NCBI GenBank assembly: GCA_010093815.1
Contig: ML996578.1
Reading direction: 5' to 3' (one strand)
Source: Pseudovirgaria hyperparasitica
Taxonomy: Eukaryota
DNA: 64,000 nt
The notes beneath the pieces were generated by a model. That model was not told the origin of the DNA. It searched no databases and was given only the letters and a program-made list of their open reading frames with translations. A program made the translations under genes and the position numbers. Numbering within the stretch: the first letter of the stretch is position 1; each line of letters begins with the position of its first letter. Shown here piece by piece: positions 1-12,711 of the stretch.

Positions 1-620
1 TATAGCTTTACTACGCTAAGCTATAGTAAGAGAGTAGAGTAGGGTATAGAAGGTATAGGAATGAAGTCGTGATAGAAGGGGTAACTTACTTTATTATTTT
101 AATGATAAGGGCCTTCCTAGCGTAAAGTAGTGATAGTAGTAGCTAAAGGTAAGGTCGTAGAGAGATACCTTTATACTATGTAATATGAGCCCCGGATTAA
201 TACCGGCGCCACCTTTAGTCGTAGTGAATAGGATATATTTCTATTATCACTCTATTGTTCTACTAGTAATGATATTATATAGTGTTCTACCGACGGCAGA
301 GAATTTTCTTATTGGCTACTATTCCCTCCCTACGACGGATAAAGACCATCTATTGGCTATCTACTTATATGTAAGGGATGAGGTTTTAGATATATCGCCA
401 AGAACTCACGATACTCCAGTTTAGTTATGGCCTAAGGCCGTATATATATCACGTGATATAGTCTCTTTCTAAGACTCCACTCCACGATACTATACTCTAT
501 AAGACTCCACTCCACGATACTAATACCTTTAGAACCCTAGGAAAGTAGCCTTGAATTTAAGGCTGCTTGCAGCCTGCCGGCCGCAGGCCACCCTAGTCTA
601 GAATAAATATGACGACTTTC
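1..620. mobile_element. RIP-degraded repeat/transposon remnant running off the window edge, with an LTR/terminus-like right end
   Basis: Strong TpA excess with few CpA/TpG in 1-540; 22-bp direct repeat AAGACTCCACTCCACGATACTA (471-492, 501-522); 16-bp palindrome 445-460; short hairpins 561-588; AATAAA near 602. No intact TE ORF, family not identifiable. Confidence 0.55.
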
Positions 621-1094
621 GTCGGAGATGGTTCGGCGACTGATATCTTCTTTGAGATCTGCCAATTTCATGGTCCCCCTAATAGTTTGCGCCTTTCACG
701 GAATTTAGTGCGCGAGCTTCATCCATGGATTTTCAACTGTTTAGTGCTAATCCTGGCGCTCCGAACGGATTTCTGAAATGGCTCACCAATCAAGCACAAG
801 CTTTTCGAGGAGTATGTTGCGCATGCTGCCGTGTTGCGTCAGTGAATCGACCATAGTAAGTATGGTGCGTACCCTGGTCATAGACCTACGTATTCTTATC
901 CATGGTTTGATGGCTATGGTGCTTTGATACCTCAGGTGCGCTCTGAAGGTGATGTTACGGTATATATTCTTGCTTTTCTCCTCGGATTCTTTATTCATCA
1001 TAACATAAACATTCTTATTTGCTCGTATCAAGTCAAAAAACTCAAACACACGGTAATCACAAGATCGAATCCAGAATAGGATCCTCCCTTAAAG

Positions 1095-1757
1095 ATGGCC
1101 AGGCCCAGCCCGAAATCTTTACATACCCGATCAGTCAAGTCAACAAACAGTAAATCTAAAGGCACGAAAGGTTCAGCCCCAGACATCCCATCAGATACTT
1201 CAGCAGCTATACCGGCTGTGGGACTACACAGTACAGCTAAGCCGGTCAAACGGCGAGCAATCTCCGTCGCTGAATGGAGCAAATTACGAGCTGCGAAGTT
1301 GGCAGAGCGTAAATCTGAAGGTACGGTGCGTTCAATGTTAGACGTCCCATCTGACAGATCAGCAGTTCTGTCAGCTGTAGAGCCGCAGAATACGCCTCTC
1401 CCACTCACACGACCATCAATCTCTGTTGATAGACGTAACGTTTTACGGCCGGCCGGACGTGCGAATGGTCGTTCTATTGAGCTCGAACGATCACATGTTG
1501 GGTATATAGAAGAGCAGGAAGGAGAGAGGTACGAGACCGACTCTGACGCGTCTGAGGATGAAAGTCGCGTTGAGGATAAGGATATGGACGGCCTCACATT
1601 TAACCAGCGGCAAATCCTCTACTTTCGATGTCTTACATACGAAGAGAAGAGACAACGCCTGATACAGTGGGGAGTCCCTTGGTCAAGCTCTTGGTGGCGC
1701 AGGATATACCAAGTGGACGTGGCATCCCAAGCTCCTAGCGGCATACAGCCTAGCTAA
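1095..1757 (+). CDS. Hypothetical 220-aa basic, probably disordered protein
   Basis: ATG-initiated single-exon ORF (context aagATGg), K/R/S-rich N-terminus, acidic patch, aromatic C-terminus; no recognisable domain. Confidence 0.4.
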   Translation: MARPSPKSLHTRSVKSTNSKSKGTKGSAPDIPSDTSAAIPAVGLHSTAKPVKRRAISVAEWSKLRAAKLAERKSEGTVRSMLDVPSDRSAVLSAVEPQNTPLPLTRPSISVDRRNVLRPAGRANGRSIELERSHVGYIEEQEGERYETDSDASEDESRVEDKDMDGLTFNQRQILYFRCLTYEEKRQRLIQWGVPWSSSWWRRIYQVDVASQAPSGIQPS

Positions 1758-2069
1758 TTCATATACAGCCTGGTTAGTTCATGTAAACCCTGTTTCATAT
1801 ACAAACTGTGTGTCCAATGGACCGCATCTGTGCTTGTTGCCATGAATTAGGGAGTTGAAGGCATTAAGAATAGCGATCACACGTTTGTTTCGCCTTCTGC
1901 TTAACGTCTGAAGGCTATAATACAAAGGGTGGTGTCATGATTTGTACTTAGAGTCCGGACTTCACGCTACTCGAGGTAGTTGTTTCCGTACCATTAGCAT
2001 GCTCGCAATCGTCACTTGCCTAGGACCTGACACTCCTGGTACCTGATTTCAATCAGCTCTCTTCTCCCT

Positions 2070-2450
2070 TAGAGGTCTATTTAATAAGACATAAGTTTAA
2101 CTCTTAGAAAAGAGAGAGCGTCTTCGAGTCTATATAGTTAGTAATTATAAAACTACTAATATATATAAATACTTTCTATATCTCTTAACATACCACTCTA
2201 TAATACCTAGAGTTCTTAGTCTTAGATAGGTAAATATACTCTTTTTGTATAATAGGATAGATCTATTAGTAGTAGTAGCTAGTACTATAAATTAATACTA
2301 CTTTGCTTATCTACTAGTAATAGTACTTTATTTAATTAATACCTATATACTTAAACTCTCTATATAGTACTCTTAAAGATATAGATATACTTTATAGTTT
2401 TATAAAGTAAGTAAGTATAAAGGGAATAGCATTATAGTTTACCTCGTATA
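2070..2450. mobile_element. Second AT/TpA-rich block, probable RIP-degraded repeat fragment
   Basis: Abrupt AT-rich island dominated by TA, TAG and CTA, no ORF in the track, with normal-composition DNA on both sides; boundaries approximate. Confidence 0.55.
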
Positions 2451-2577
2451 CATTTTCGTAGAAAATGAAGTGGGGTAATCTAATAACACATCGTATGGAC
2501 CGGCAAAGGAACAAGCGCTTTTATTCATGTCATTTCAGAAAATATATTATCAAAGACTGTTCCAGCTTCTGGTCGCT

Positions 2578-2672
2578 GCGAGCGTAGTCTAGTGGTTATG
2601 ATGTCTGCTTTACATTCAAGTAATGATGATGTAGAGCGCAGAAGGTCGGGAGTTCGATCCTCCCCGCTCGTA
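2578..2672 (+). tRNA. tRNA-Val(TAC) with 22-nt intron (2615-2636)
   Basis: Acceptor stem GCGAGCG/CGCTCGT, D-loop AGTGGTT, anticodon stem TCTGC/GCAGA, anticodon TAC 2611-2613, intron after position 37, T-arm GGGAG-TTCGATC-CTCCC. Confidence 0.95.
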
Positions 2673-2679
2673 TTTTTTT
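2673..2679 (+). terminator. RNA polymerase III terminator (T7)
   Basis: TTTTTTT immediately after the tRNA discriminator base. Confidence 0.85.
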
Positions 2680-2903
2680 GGTCTTGTTTCTCGCTATTAT
2701 TCAACATCATCTATTCATAACTCATGGGAATACATACGTCTTCCGTAGCAAGAGCTTTAAAGGATTTAGGAAGAGAAGATCAACTAGATCATCAATGTTT
2801 GCTGGTATTACACATACATGTTCTATTTAGCGTATGAGCATGAGTCCTTGTTATGGCTACACCTATAATTGCAATAATGTGACATAGTGCTCTATGTCAT
2901 GGA

Positions 2904-3736
2904 CTATCTCTTTCCTTTCTTATCCGTACCGGAGCCTGATCCAACGCTCTCTGATCCAACAGTCGTCTTCCCGGCCATCCACGACGCAAGGTCAAAATTC
3001 TGAATCTGTGCCGCCGGATTGCTGCTTGACGCAAGTGGGCTTGTCTTGCGCATTTCCTCGAATTCCGCCTTTGTCTCTGGGTCCACTATATCTCCTTAGC
3101 TTCTTCATTTTCTGCGTCCATGTTAATGTTTGACTCACTATTGTCCATAAGGTACGGCATTCCGAAAATTAAACCCATGCTCACCACCGCCATGAGAATC
3201 ATCGGATTTTTGAGAAACGACATGGGTGAAACTGTCAATATTAGTCATCATACACTCATTTTGTTCCTCAAGCAAAAGTTCGACATATACTCACATCCCT
3301 GCCGCATCTGATAATATTCTTTTCCCGAGCCCACCCCAACCTCAACCACAAGGCCACTTCCTCCTTCACCTCTCCTCTCGCCCCTATTATCCCACTCATT
3401 TCCCCTGAATGTCTGCCAAACCGTGACCTTTTCATCCTGTTTCGTACCATCCGCAGCAACGGTTGCCGTAACGTCGACTCGCAGCGTTTCGAAATGATAG
3501 TCGCGGCAATGGATCGTGGCAAGATAGCTTCCGGGCTCGAGATCTGTGAATTCAAATGTGTTCTTGCGCGAGAGACTGGTGCTACGGGGTGGACCGTGGG
3601 CGTGTAGCGTTGCGTGAGTTGTTGGTGGGAGGACAGCTGGGTTTGGGAGGCGTGTGGACGGCGGTATGTATAAGGTCAGGGAGGCAGAGAACGCGGTGGT
3701 GACAAGGGCGAGGAGTAGTGGTAGGGAGAGGTGCAT
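2904..3736 (-). CDS. EMC7: ER membrane protein complex subunit 7-like (DUF2012 beta-sandwich)
   Basis: Exons 3736-3295, 3231-3139, 3085-2904 with GT-AG introns; signal peptide MHLSLPLLLALV, VWQTFRGNEWDN, then FSPMSFLKNPMILMA TM helix and MDPETKAEFEE tail. Confidence 0.8.
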
Positions 3737-4076
3737 GGTTGCGAATCGTGTGTTGTAATTTTGCGAAGATGAGGGTGCTCGAGTTGAGCCGGGACTGTGT
3801 ACTTGGTAAACCATAGCGGATTTGTAGAGGTCCGTGCACTGATTCCGTTTCTGCTGCAAATGACTAATCCTCATTTCTTTATATATCGATAACTTTTTGG
3901 GGGATATATAGTGAATGAATGAAGCAACATGGTCAAAAACACGGCCTTGTAGTCCGAATTGCTTCACTTGTCCAAGGTATACAATCTTTAGCTGTGTAGA
4001 TCTACATATACCCAAGTAAATGACCTGGTCGTAAATGCCAAACGCCGCTATGATGCTGCCAAAATATATACTTGCT

Positions 4077-5727
4077 CTATGATACAGAAACTGAGCCTTG
4101 ACCCATCCGTGGCGATGCCCATGTCTCCTCTTGCTTCGTCCCAGGCGGTAGCCAGCCCATTCCTGTGCTTGGATCTCGTGACCAGCGGCCCTCATCGTCG
4201 TATCTTTTCTCTTGCATGTGTCCATTAGAGGCGCCGTAACGATCGGGCGACATAGATTCTGGAGATGATGCGATGGGTGTCAAACGAGAAAAGTCGTTAC
4301 CTGTGGTGGGAAGCAGCGCGTCTGTGTTGAGTTGCAGGTTCCTTGCTTGTTTATCGGCCTTCCCGGCATTCTTGGTTCGATCGTACAGGTAGAGTCCGGC
4401 GAAGGTGAGGACGATGCCCAAACCTTGAACTCTAGTCATCTTGTTGCCAAACCAGACTATGGCGAACACGATAACGAAGACACGCTTGATAAGACTGGCG
4501 ACCGAGTACGTCACTGGCGAGACCATAGACAATAGGACGAAAGCTACCAGATTCTGTCCAAAATGGAAGGTGCCATTGAAAAAATATTCCAATGCCAAAC
4601 GGCCGTGATCCAAGGATCCAGGTTTCTCGGTCAAGTCGAGCGAGGCATCGTGTAAGAAGTCTCCTATTATGCCGAACCCTTCCGACCAAAGCCAAATCGG
4701 ACATGTGATCAAAAAAGCGAGACCGGAAGAATAGCACAGTAGATTGAGTTTGTCCGGCTTGCGATTCTTGAGAGGCGCTCCATCTTTCTCTGCCTCTGCT
4801 GCTTCATTGAAAAGCTTCTTAGAGACTATGTTCTGCGTCACGAACAGGACGGCGCTACCGAAAGCATAGAGCAATCCCAAAAACTCGGCTTGAAAATTCG
4901 CCGAGCATGCCATGATAACGCCGAGGGTCAGCGGAACTAAAGACAGATATGTCCAGACCGAGTATCGAATATCAAACACAAACCGATAAGCCAGGACAGT
5001 GAAAAGGGGTGACAGGCCTTTGATTGTGTGAACTAGAGACACTGGTATCCTTGCCATTGCGTCTGAACTCAAAATATGTCCTCCAATCTGGAACAGAGTG
5101 AGGGGCAGAGTTGTAAGGATGATGTCGCGACTCGGGGGGCGGATAGTCGACTTCAGAACCGGTACCATTGTTTTTAGGCGGGGATATGACTTAGCCATAC
5201 GAGACAAAATGACACACCAAGACGACACGAAGGCGAATTGGATGACTGTCAGTGTAATCGGTTTCGAGAACGAATTGAGGATTGCTTTGGAGGATGTATT
5301 GGACAGTATAGAAGTCATGTACCATATAGCGCAAAGCAGCTAAGAACCCATTTAGTACAACCATTAACAGCAGTATGAAGGGTCGACATACTACAAGCTT
5401 TCCAGACACAGGAGCCTTTAGCGCATCCGCAATCTCATGCGCGTTCTGGGTGACACTTCCACCTCTTCCTCGGATGTTTCGAAAGGCCTCGGAGAGGCTC
5501 TTCTGTCTTGCGTGACGATTTTGCCTCCCTGCTCCTGGACCTTCATCTCGCTGTATATGCTTCTCCCGCCGGGGATGCCAACGGTCATGACTAGACCTAT
5601 CTTTACCATTTCGATGTGGGCTCCCTGACGGAGATCGCGACAGAGTTCCGCCCTGGTTGTAATCGTCGTTTGAAGGCGGGATCGGAGAAAATGCCGGGAA
5701 GCTCTCAGTACCTGAGGATGCAGCCAT
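4077..5727 (-). CDS. SLY41: Triose-phosphate/nucleotide-sugar transporter family (SLC35E/Sly41-like)
   Basis: Exons 5727-5392, 5339-4077; multiple TM helices with motifs PVSLVHTIKGLSPLFTV and SPVTYSVASLIKRVFVI. Confidence 0.8.
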
Positions 5728-6255
5728 CCAGAAAATACGATCGTTCTATGTGTTCAACGCTGCTTCTTCGGCCATGAATTAAGCTACTGAAGACGGGTAC
5801 GGAGGAGCTGAGGAGGGGTTGTGGGAATTACTGGTTGCACGAAGGTGTCGCGATTACGACCTCATGGGTGCAGCAGGTTGGCACACAAGATGTTGTTGAA
5901 GATAGGTTACAAGCAAACAGTTTCGATGGGTCAGAAGGCCATGCAAACCGTAGTGAGGCATAGAAGCGAGTTGAGACTGGAGGCGATGGTAGGAAAAGTG
6001 ACGACGCGAGGCTGGGCTTGGCGCCCACTGTTGCTATAACAGTGTATTGCGCTGCGAGACACCGACCTATAGTCGGGGGAAGCAGCAGTCAACCTTGCTC
6101 CCAAGAGACTGCAAAGACAGCTCAGACCTCCACAAGATGTCTGCAGCAGATCGTTATCCTTTCGCATTTCAGAGGATATAAAGACGCACCCCGCCTTTGT
6201 CCTAGGATATCCTGACTGACCCTTCGGCCGCTTGCAAACTCCACTAATTGCCACT

Positions 6256-9200
6256 ATGATGAGTTGGTATGAAAGGTCCTGTGCTATGCTCCTGACACTG
6301 CTCAGCACTCTGAATTTGACGAATTGTACCTGGTCAAGACATGACTCAGGCTCTCTCGTTGATGTGCGACAATATGTGCAGAATGCGTCCTTTGGATTCT
6401 CTTCCCGCTGGGAAATATTGGGTCCATTCCAGATTGGCACAAGAGGTACGATATCCTAGGCATTTCATACGCCCAGCATCTACTAAAAGAAACCCAGAGG
6501 CAGCATGGGGAGCTGATCCCCTTGAGTTGTACGGCGGCTTCCGGAATATCTCCTTTAATCCAGAGTCGACTTTTTTGAGCTCGCTTCCCCTCGATGGTGT
6601 TGCAAGATGGTCCACTCTGGAAGCAGAGCATGTTCAAAGCAACGCGCAAAGCTCACGTGTGGATTTGGTCGTTTCGTTCCCCGGTGTTCAGTGGGATTTC
6701 CTCAGAACAGTATATGGGTGGGCAGCAGTGCAGTTCCAAGGATGGGCACGCGGCCACATCACTGTCACAGGAGTCGCCGCTCAATCTTTCGTGCTATATA
6801 CCGATAGCGTTCTCGAATTCTGGGTTGACAATGAGCATTTCTTCGGTGGCGATTTCTATGGTTTTCGCAAGGCCCCTCCGGTTCTTTGGCTTGAGCCCGG
6901 CAGGCACCGCCTCGATGTCCGCCTTGTCAGAGATGTACGCGCTTTCGGAGGCATCGGTGAGCCGATCATGGCCATTACGCTGCAGATTGACAAAGCATCT
7001 GGGTACCTTGAGCTAGGATCGAATGGTATACAAATATCAGATCTGGTCGGCAATACACTTGCAGCGTCTATTGCCTCTATCACGGTTCGTAATAGTGGCA
7101 AAGAAGCATTTGCCCTTCGCGGAATAAGGACGCCAAATGTAAGTCGCACGTATCAACTTAGGTAATATGCGCTTGACCTGACCTTTTAGAATTCCTTTAA
7201 CGTCCTGCTATTGGAGAAGGACGCCGTAGTCCTACCGGGTCAAACTCGTCCTGTGGCATTCAAGGTCACAGGAACAGGTTCCAATGCCACTGAAATCACA
7301 GTTTTGCTAGACTACGCCCTGGTCGAAACCAATGCTTCACTTGATTCATTGATGGCTAATCAGAACTTGAGGAGGAAGAACCTGTATGAGCCTCACAAAG
7401 TTACGTACCTTCATCCGGGTGGTATTGTCTCGTATGTGATGCTCAGGCCTCCACAGCAGAATGTTTCTTGTAACACACAGAAGGACTTGCCCGTCCTCTT
7501 CTTCATGCATGGCGCAGGGAACGAAGCGGAAAGCGAACTAGTGTCTCGATCGTTCGATCCAGTGACAGATATATGTGCCTGGGTATTGTTTCCTACAGGT
7601 GTGACTCCTTGGAGTGCCGATGATTGGCGTGAGTGAAATTCCATTTGTACTAGGACAGTCTATACTGATCAACACAGACAATTGGGGCTTTGCAGATGTA
7701 GAGGCTGCAATCAACACCATAGAGACATGGAAGTCAGCCGTAAGCTGGCAGGGTCCAGGTGTTGATCTCGAGAAATGGTTCGCATGCGGACATTCGAATG
7801 GGGGTTAGTAGTGCCTCTGTTTCACTTGCAGTGACTTGAGGCCTCGAACGGTATAAGACTAACCAAGAAACTCACTCGCTTACTCAACAATTGCTTAATG
7901 TGCTAATGAACCTCAGGTCAAGGGACTTGGTATGCCCTTACGCATCGCCCTGACAATGTCATTGCAGCTGCACCAGTATCAGGGTATTTATCTATTCAAA
8001 GTGAGCCCGTACCTTCTTGGAACTCCATCAAGCTGACATATCTGATAGCTTATGTCCCGTACAATCAATGGCGACTTACCGATCCCCGTCTTGTGTCGAT
8101 CATCCAAGCGTCTACCAATAGCTATAGGCACGAGCTTCTCATCTCCAATGCCAATGGTATCAATATACATCAGCAACATGGTAGCGTTGACGATAACGTA
8201 CCTTCGTATAATTCCCGTTCGATGCATTATTTGCTCCAAGAGGTCGGTGGGAGATCGGATTACACTGAACTCCCGGGCGTCAATCATTACTTTGACGGAA
8301 TCATGACCACTCCTAACCTACAGGTATTTTACAAGCAACAGCTGGGGGTAATCGCTCCGAAAACTGAACACCTTGATAAGTTCACACTCACAGTTGCAAA
8401 TCCTGGTGATACCGGAAGCAAGCAAGGCTTCCAAATACTTCTATTGCGAGATCCTGGCCAGTTAGGCAGATTAGATATTGAGCTTAGTGGCAAGGATAGC
8501 AGTACCAGTATATTCTCTCATAATGTTTTACGCTTCAGTGTTACGAACAGGGTGACTTCACGAACTATGAAGATAGACGGGCAGTCTGTCAGGTCAGGTA
8601 GAGATTTCGGTCAGAAATTGTATTATATCCTAGGATCGGATGGCGCATGGAAAGTATGCAGTGATCCTCATGATATATTCTGGAGCTATATTGACTTGTA
8701 GACAGACGTCTATCGATGCACCAGATAACCTAAGCGAAAGGTCCATCCGCCAAATGGGACCTCTAGATGCCATCATGCGCACTTCGGATAAATTTGTCGT
8801 TCGGTACGAGGATACAAGCCTAGGAGCCATCGCTCTTCAGATATCACGAAATCTACAACAGTATTATTATGCGGATACCATCATCCTACGATCGTTTTCG
8901 GAGCCAAATACGATAAAGAGGAATTCTGGTAACATGTTCACAGTCTCGATTGGATCAAACCTACCTCCATCGTCTCATGTTCGCTTCCCTATCATGGTAG
9001 ACAGTAGTGGGAGACTTTCTATCCTCGATTCTAGTGGTTCTGAGAGAACGTTCAATTCGGAGAAAGATTTGGCAGCGATCTTTCTCAGGCCACGAGGCCA
9101 CGACGCTTTGGAACTCGTCGTCTGGGGCTCTGACATTCATTATGCAGGCTTGGCTGCAAGGCTCGTGCCGCTGCAAACGGGTGCCGGACAGCCAGACTTC

Positions 9201-9305
9201 TTAATTCTGAGTCGGGCTGCCATGTGGAAGGGCGTAGGTGGCGTTGTTGCAGCAGGATTCTTTGACCATCATTGGCAGGTAACTCAGACGGCATATTTCG
9301 CGTAA
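6256..9305 (+). CDS. Secreted alpha/beta-hydrolase, peptidase S9-like (7 exons)
   Basis: Hydrophobic N-terminus; six GT-AG introns join ORFs 6232/6341/7211/7614/8093/8640; HGAG segment, nucleophile elbow GHSNGG, HGSVDDNVP (Asp) and GVNHYF (His). Confidence 0.8.
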
Positions 9306-9914
9306 AAACACAGTGTCGTGGGTCAGTACAAAGTAGGCAGCACAGTGCAGACCTTGAGCTAAGGTGGAAGGAAGTGGTGACGATCCCCGGGCTGCTTGTG
9401 TTGTGCGTCTTCAAGTGAATGAACGTTGAACCAGTGGAGAAATTGCGCTCCGAGCAATCGGCGACCGCCGATCCCACTGCAGTAACAGAAATTCGCTGCC
9501 AGGGCTCCTTCTTACTTTAGAAGTTTTTCTTCGTCATTCCCATTTCTCTAAAGCTCTAAGTATCAAAATTTCTTCCAGTCTACGCTCCTTCACCTTCCTT
9601 TGTCTTTTCGTTTTGAACTTTCCCAGGCTTACAACAGCCCACTCAGACTTTCCTTTTCTGCATAATCATTGCTGTGCCAGATCTCCTTCAATCGGGAAAG
9701 GGCTCTGTGACTTTCATCTACCTGCTCTTTGTTTGCGTCTACTTCACCATCTACTCTACTACTTGACACTTCACCAGCACTCATCCAAGCTTTCTAATTG
9801 TGCTGAGGCTATAGTGGTCCGGCATCTTACTGGCCATATCGTACGAGCTATCAGCGATCACCTTACGATTTCCAGCTGTATCTGCAATCTAGTCCCAATA
9901 CCACTCCGACAAAC

Positions 9915-12711
9915 ATGAACGATAAAGGATCGCCCGTTCCCCCAAGCACCTCTGGACAGTATAGCATCTGTAACGACTCGAACAACGATCCGTCTTTCAT
10001 GCTAGCAGCAATGGTAAGTTAACTGCCACCATCTCAGTCACTATCCTCTTTCGATGCTGGCCGATAGACTTCATTTCATTAACCTCAATTGTAGGGTGTC
10101 CAGTGCACTGAAACCATCGGTCACGATGGTACACTTCCTCTGACGACCTCCAAGATGCTCAATAATCAGCAGTGTCGCGCTACCACAGCTCGGACTCCAT
10201 CTTTCAAGGTATTTCACCCAGCGTTGCTACACCAAGAGTGAAATTGGTGTAACAACGCGTATCGTGTGTCTTACAACCTATTGACTTTCTTCGCCAGAAA
10301 CCTGATGAGTCGTCCGAGAACTCCGCAATCCTTGATAAGCTTCTCAACTCTCTGACCACCAATGTCAGCCGTGCGAACATTCATAATGGACACGCCAAGG
10401 TTGCCGAGCAGGAGAAGTCCAACAATGTGGAATCTTCCCCTTCCGCAAACCACATGACTCCACGTTCTTCGCGCTGCGATGAGCCGAGGTCATCCCCTGA
10501 CGCCCAGGAGATGGAACGCTTGAAGCAAGAGCTTGTAGATGCAAAAAGTCGGATTGCCCGTATGGACCAAGAATTGCACGAGACCCGGATCACCAAGCAC
10601 ACCATGGAACACGCGACTGGCCCACCATCTGAGGTCGATTTCAAAGGTGACGTCACAGATCAGACTATCAGCAGCTTGCAAATCAACTTCAACGCTGCCA
10701 CTCGCGGTATCGGATCTCGTCAAGAAAGCTGGCAGCTTCAAGCTGAAGATGCACGCTCAGATACAAGTGAGGCTCTCTCGGCTGGTGTCACTAATCGCGT
10801 TCAAGGCAACTGGATGAATACGGGAACAAAGAATGGCTTTGCTTGCAACGTCTCTGCGCCAGTAGAGCAAGGATACATAGCCCCGACTAACAACAACTGG
10901 AATATGAACGGGCTTAGACCGTGGTATGGGGCTAACATTGGCCAAGGACTCAACGCCACTGGCTTTAATCCTCCTCAACCTCCTTCACGGTCTAATCCTG
11001 GCCTCCGCATTGACACTTATCGCAACAATCAAATGCTTAATGAGCCAGCTCACTTCCCGCTCGACCATAGCTTACGTCGTGGAGTCAGCAATCCACCAAG
11101 TCGTCCTCCGTCCGCGTTTGACAGCCGCCTTGGAGCATGGGGCACATATTCTGGGAGTGCTAATTCTGTAGACGGCGCTGGAGTTAGTCCTCCTTTGACT
11201 CCCCTATCCGCCCAGTCTATGGGAATGTACTCCATGGGATCGCAGCAATACCAACCGCGGGCCATTGGCACTCGCCTTTCGCCCACTGCGGCGGAATTCA
11301 GTTTTGACGCAGCTGTTCCATCGCCCTGGAACAATCCCTCTGTGAGTTTGCCATTCACCATGGATTTCAACTCAGCTAATGCCGCAAAGGGACAGCCGGA
11401 CGCTGCAGGTACATATGTCGCTTCGGTCGAACCAATGAACTATCGCCGCCTGCTTGACCGCAACATGACTTGTAACTGGAAGTACATCGTGGACAAGATT
11501 GTATGCAACAACGACCAACAAGCTTCAATCTTCCTGCAGCAAAAGCTGAAGGTCGGCACAGTTGAGCAAAAGCATGAGATAGTCGACGCTATCATAGCAC
11601 AGGCCTATCCTCTCATGATAAATCGTTTTGGTAATTTCCTGGTGCAGCGATGCTTCGAGCACGGTACCCCGGAGCAAGTCGTACTGATAGCCAACGCTAT
11701 TCGTGGCAACACTCTGACTCTCAGCATGGATGCTTTTGGCTGTCATGTTATTCAGAAAGCATTCGATGCCGTTCCAGAAGAATACAAGGCTCTCATGGTC
11801 CATGAGTTACTCCGTCGCATCCCGGAAACTGTCATTCATAGATATGCATGCCATGTTTGGCAGAAACTGTTCGAGCTTCGTTGGAGTGACTCACCCCCCC
11901 AAATCATGAAATACGTCAACGAAGCTCTTCGTGGCATGTGGCATGAGGTTGCTCTGGGTGAGACCGGCAGTCTTGTCGTACAGAATATATTCGAGAACTG
12001 CTTGGAAGAAGACAAGGTAATGTGCTTCCCTTCGTGTTAGCAAATCATACTAATACTATCAAAGCGTCCTTGTATTGGTGAGGTCCTCCAGGCCATTGAT
12101 GTTATCGCACATGGTCAATTCGGCAACTGGTGCATTCAGCACATCTGTGAACATGGTGCCCCTGCCGATCGCAGCAGGGCTATCGACCATATTCTTCGCT
12201 TTGCGACAGAGTATAGCATGGATCAGTACGCATCAAAAGTGATCGAGAAGTGTCTGAAGATTGGAGGAGGAGAGTTCTTGGACCGCTATCTCGAAAGAGT
12301 CTGTGAAGGTCGCGCCGACCGTCCACGCATGCCCTTGATCGACAGTAGGTTCTCACTTACCGCAGTACCAGAATATACAATTGACACTTGACAGTCGCTG
12401 GTGACCAGTTTGGAAATTACTTGGTACAGTATATACTCACCCATGCCGGTTCTCAGCATCGAGAGGTCGTTGCTAGTCATGTTCGGTAAGTGCATTATTG
12501 GTTTTGGGGCGGAAAAGGGTGTGCTAATGAATCCTGCAGAAAGCACATGGTCTCCCTTCGAGGCTCAAAGTATGGCTCTCGAGTCGCTATGTTATGTTGT
12601 AATCCAGCATTCGCCACCCGTCCTGGACCTCCAGCTGGAATGCAACTGAACCGTTACAGCACTGGTCATACCACTGCTGTTCGTCCCGTCTACGGCGGAG
12701 CTTACCGTTGA
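9915..12711 (+). CDS. Pumilio/PUF-family RNA-binding protein (Mpf1/Puf8-like)
   Basis: ATG 9915 joined through introns 10014-10094 and 10209-10297 in frame to ORF 10427; PUF repeats DQQASIFLQQ, NRFGNFLVQR, DAFGCHVIQK, HRYACHVWQK, GQFGNWCIQH, DQYASKVIEK, DQFGNYLVQY. Confidence 0.9.

Noticed and set aside
471..522. CRISPR-like repeat-spacer pattern
   Set aside because: Only two copies with an 8-bp spacer in a eukaryotic repeat remnant; no cas genes.
3737..4225. 163-aa N-terminal extension of ORF 3248-4225
   Set aside because: Overlaps the end of the SLY41-like gene; the signal peptide starts at ATG 3736.
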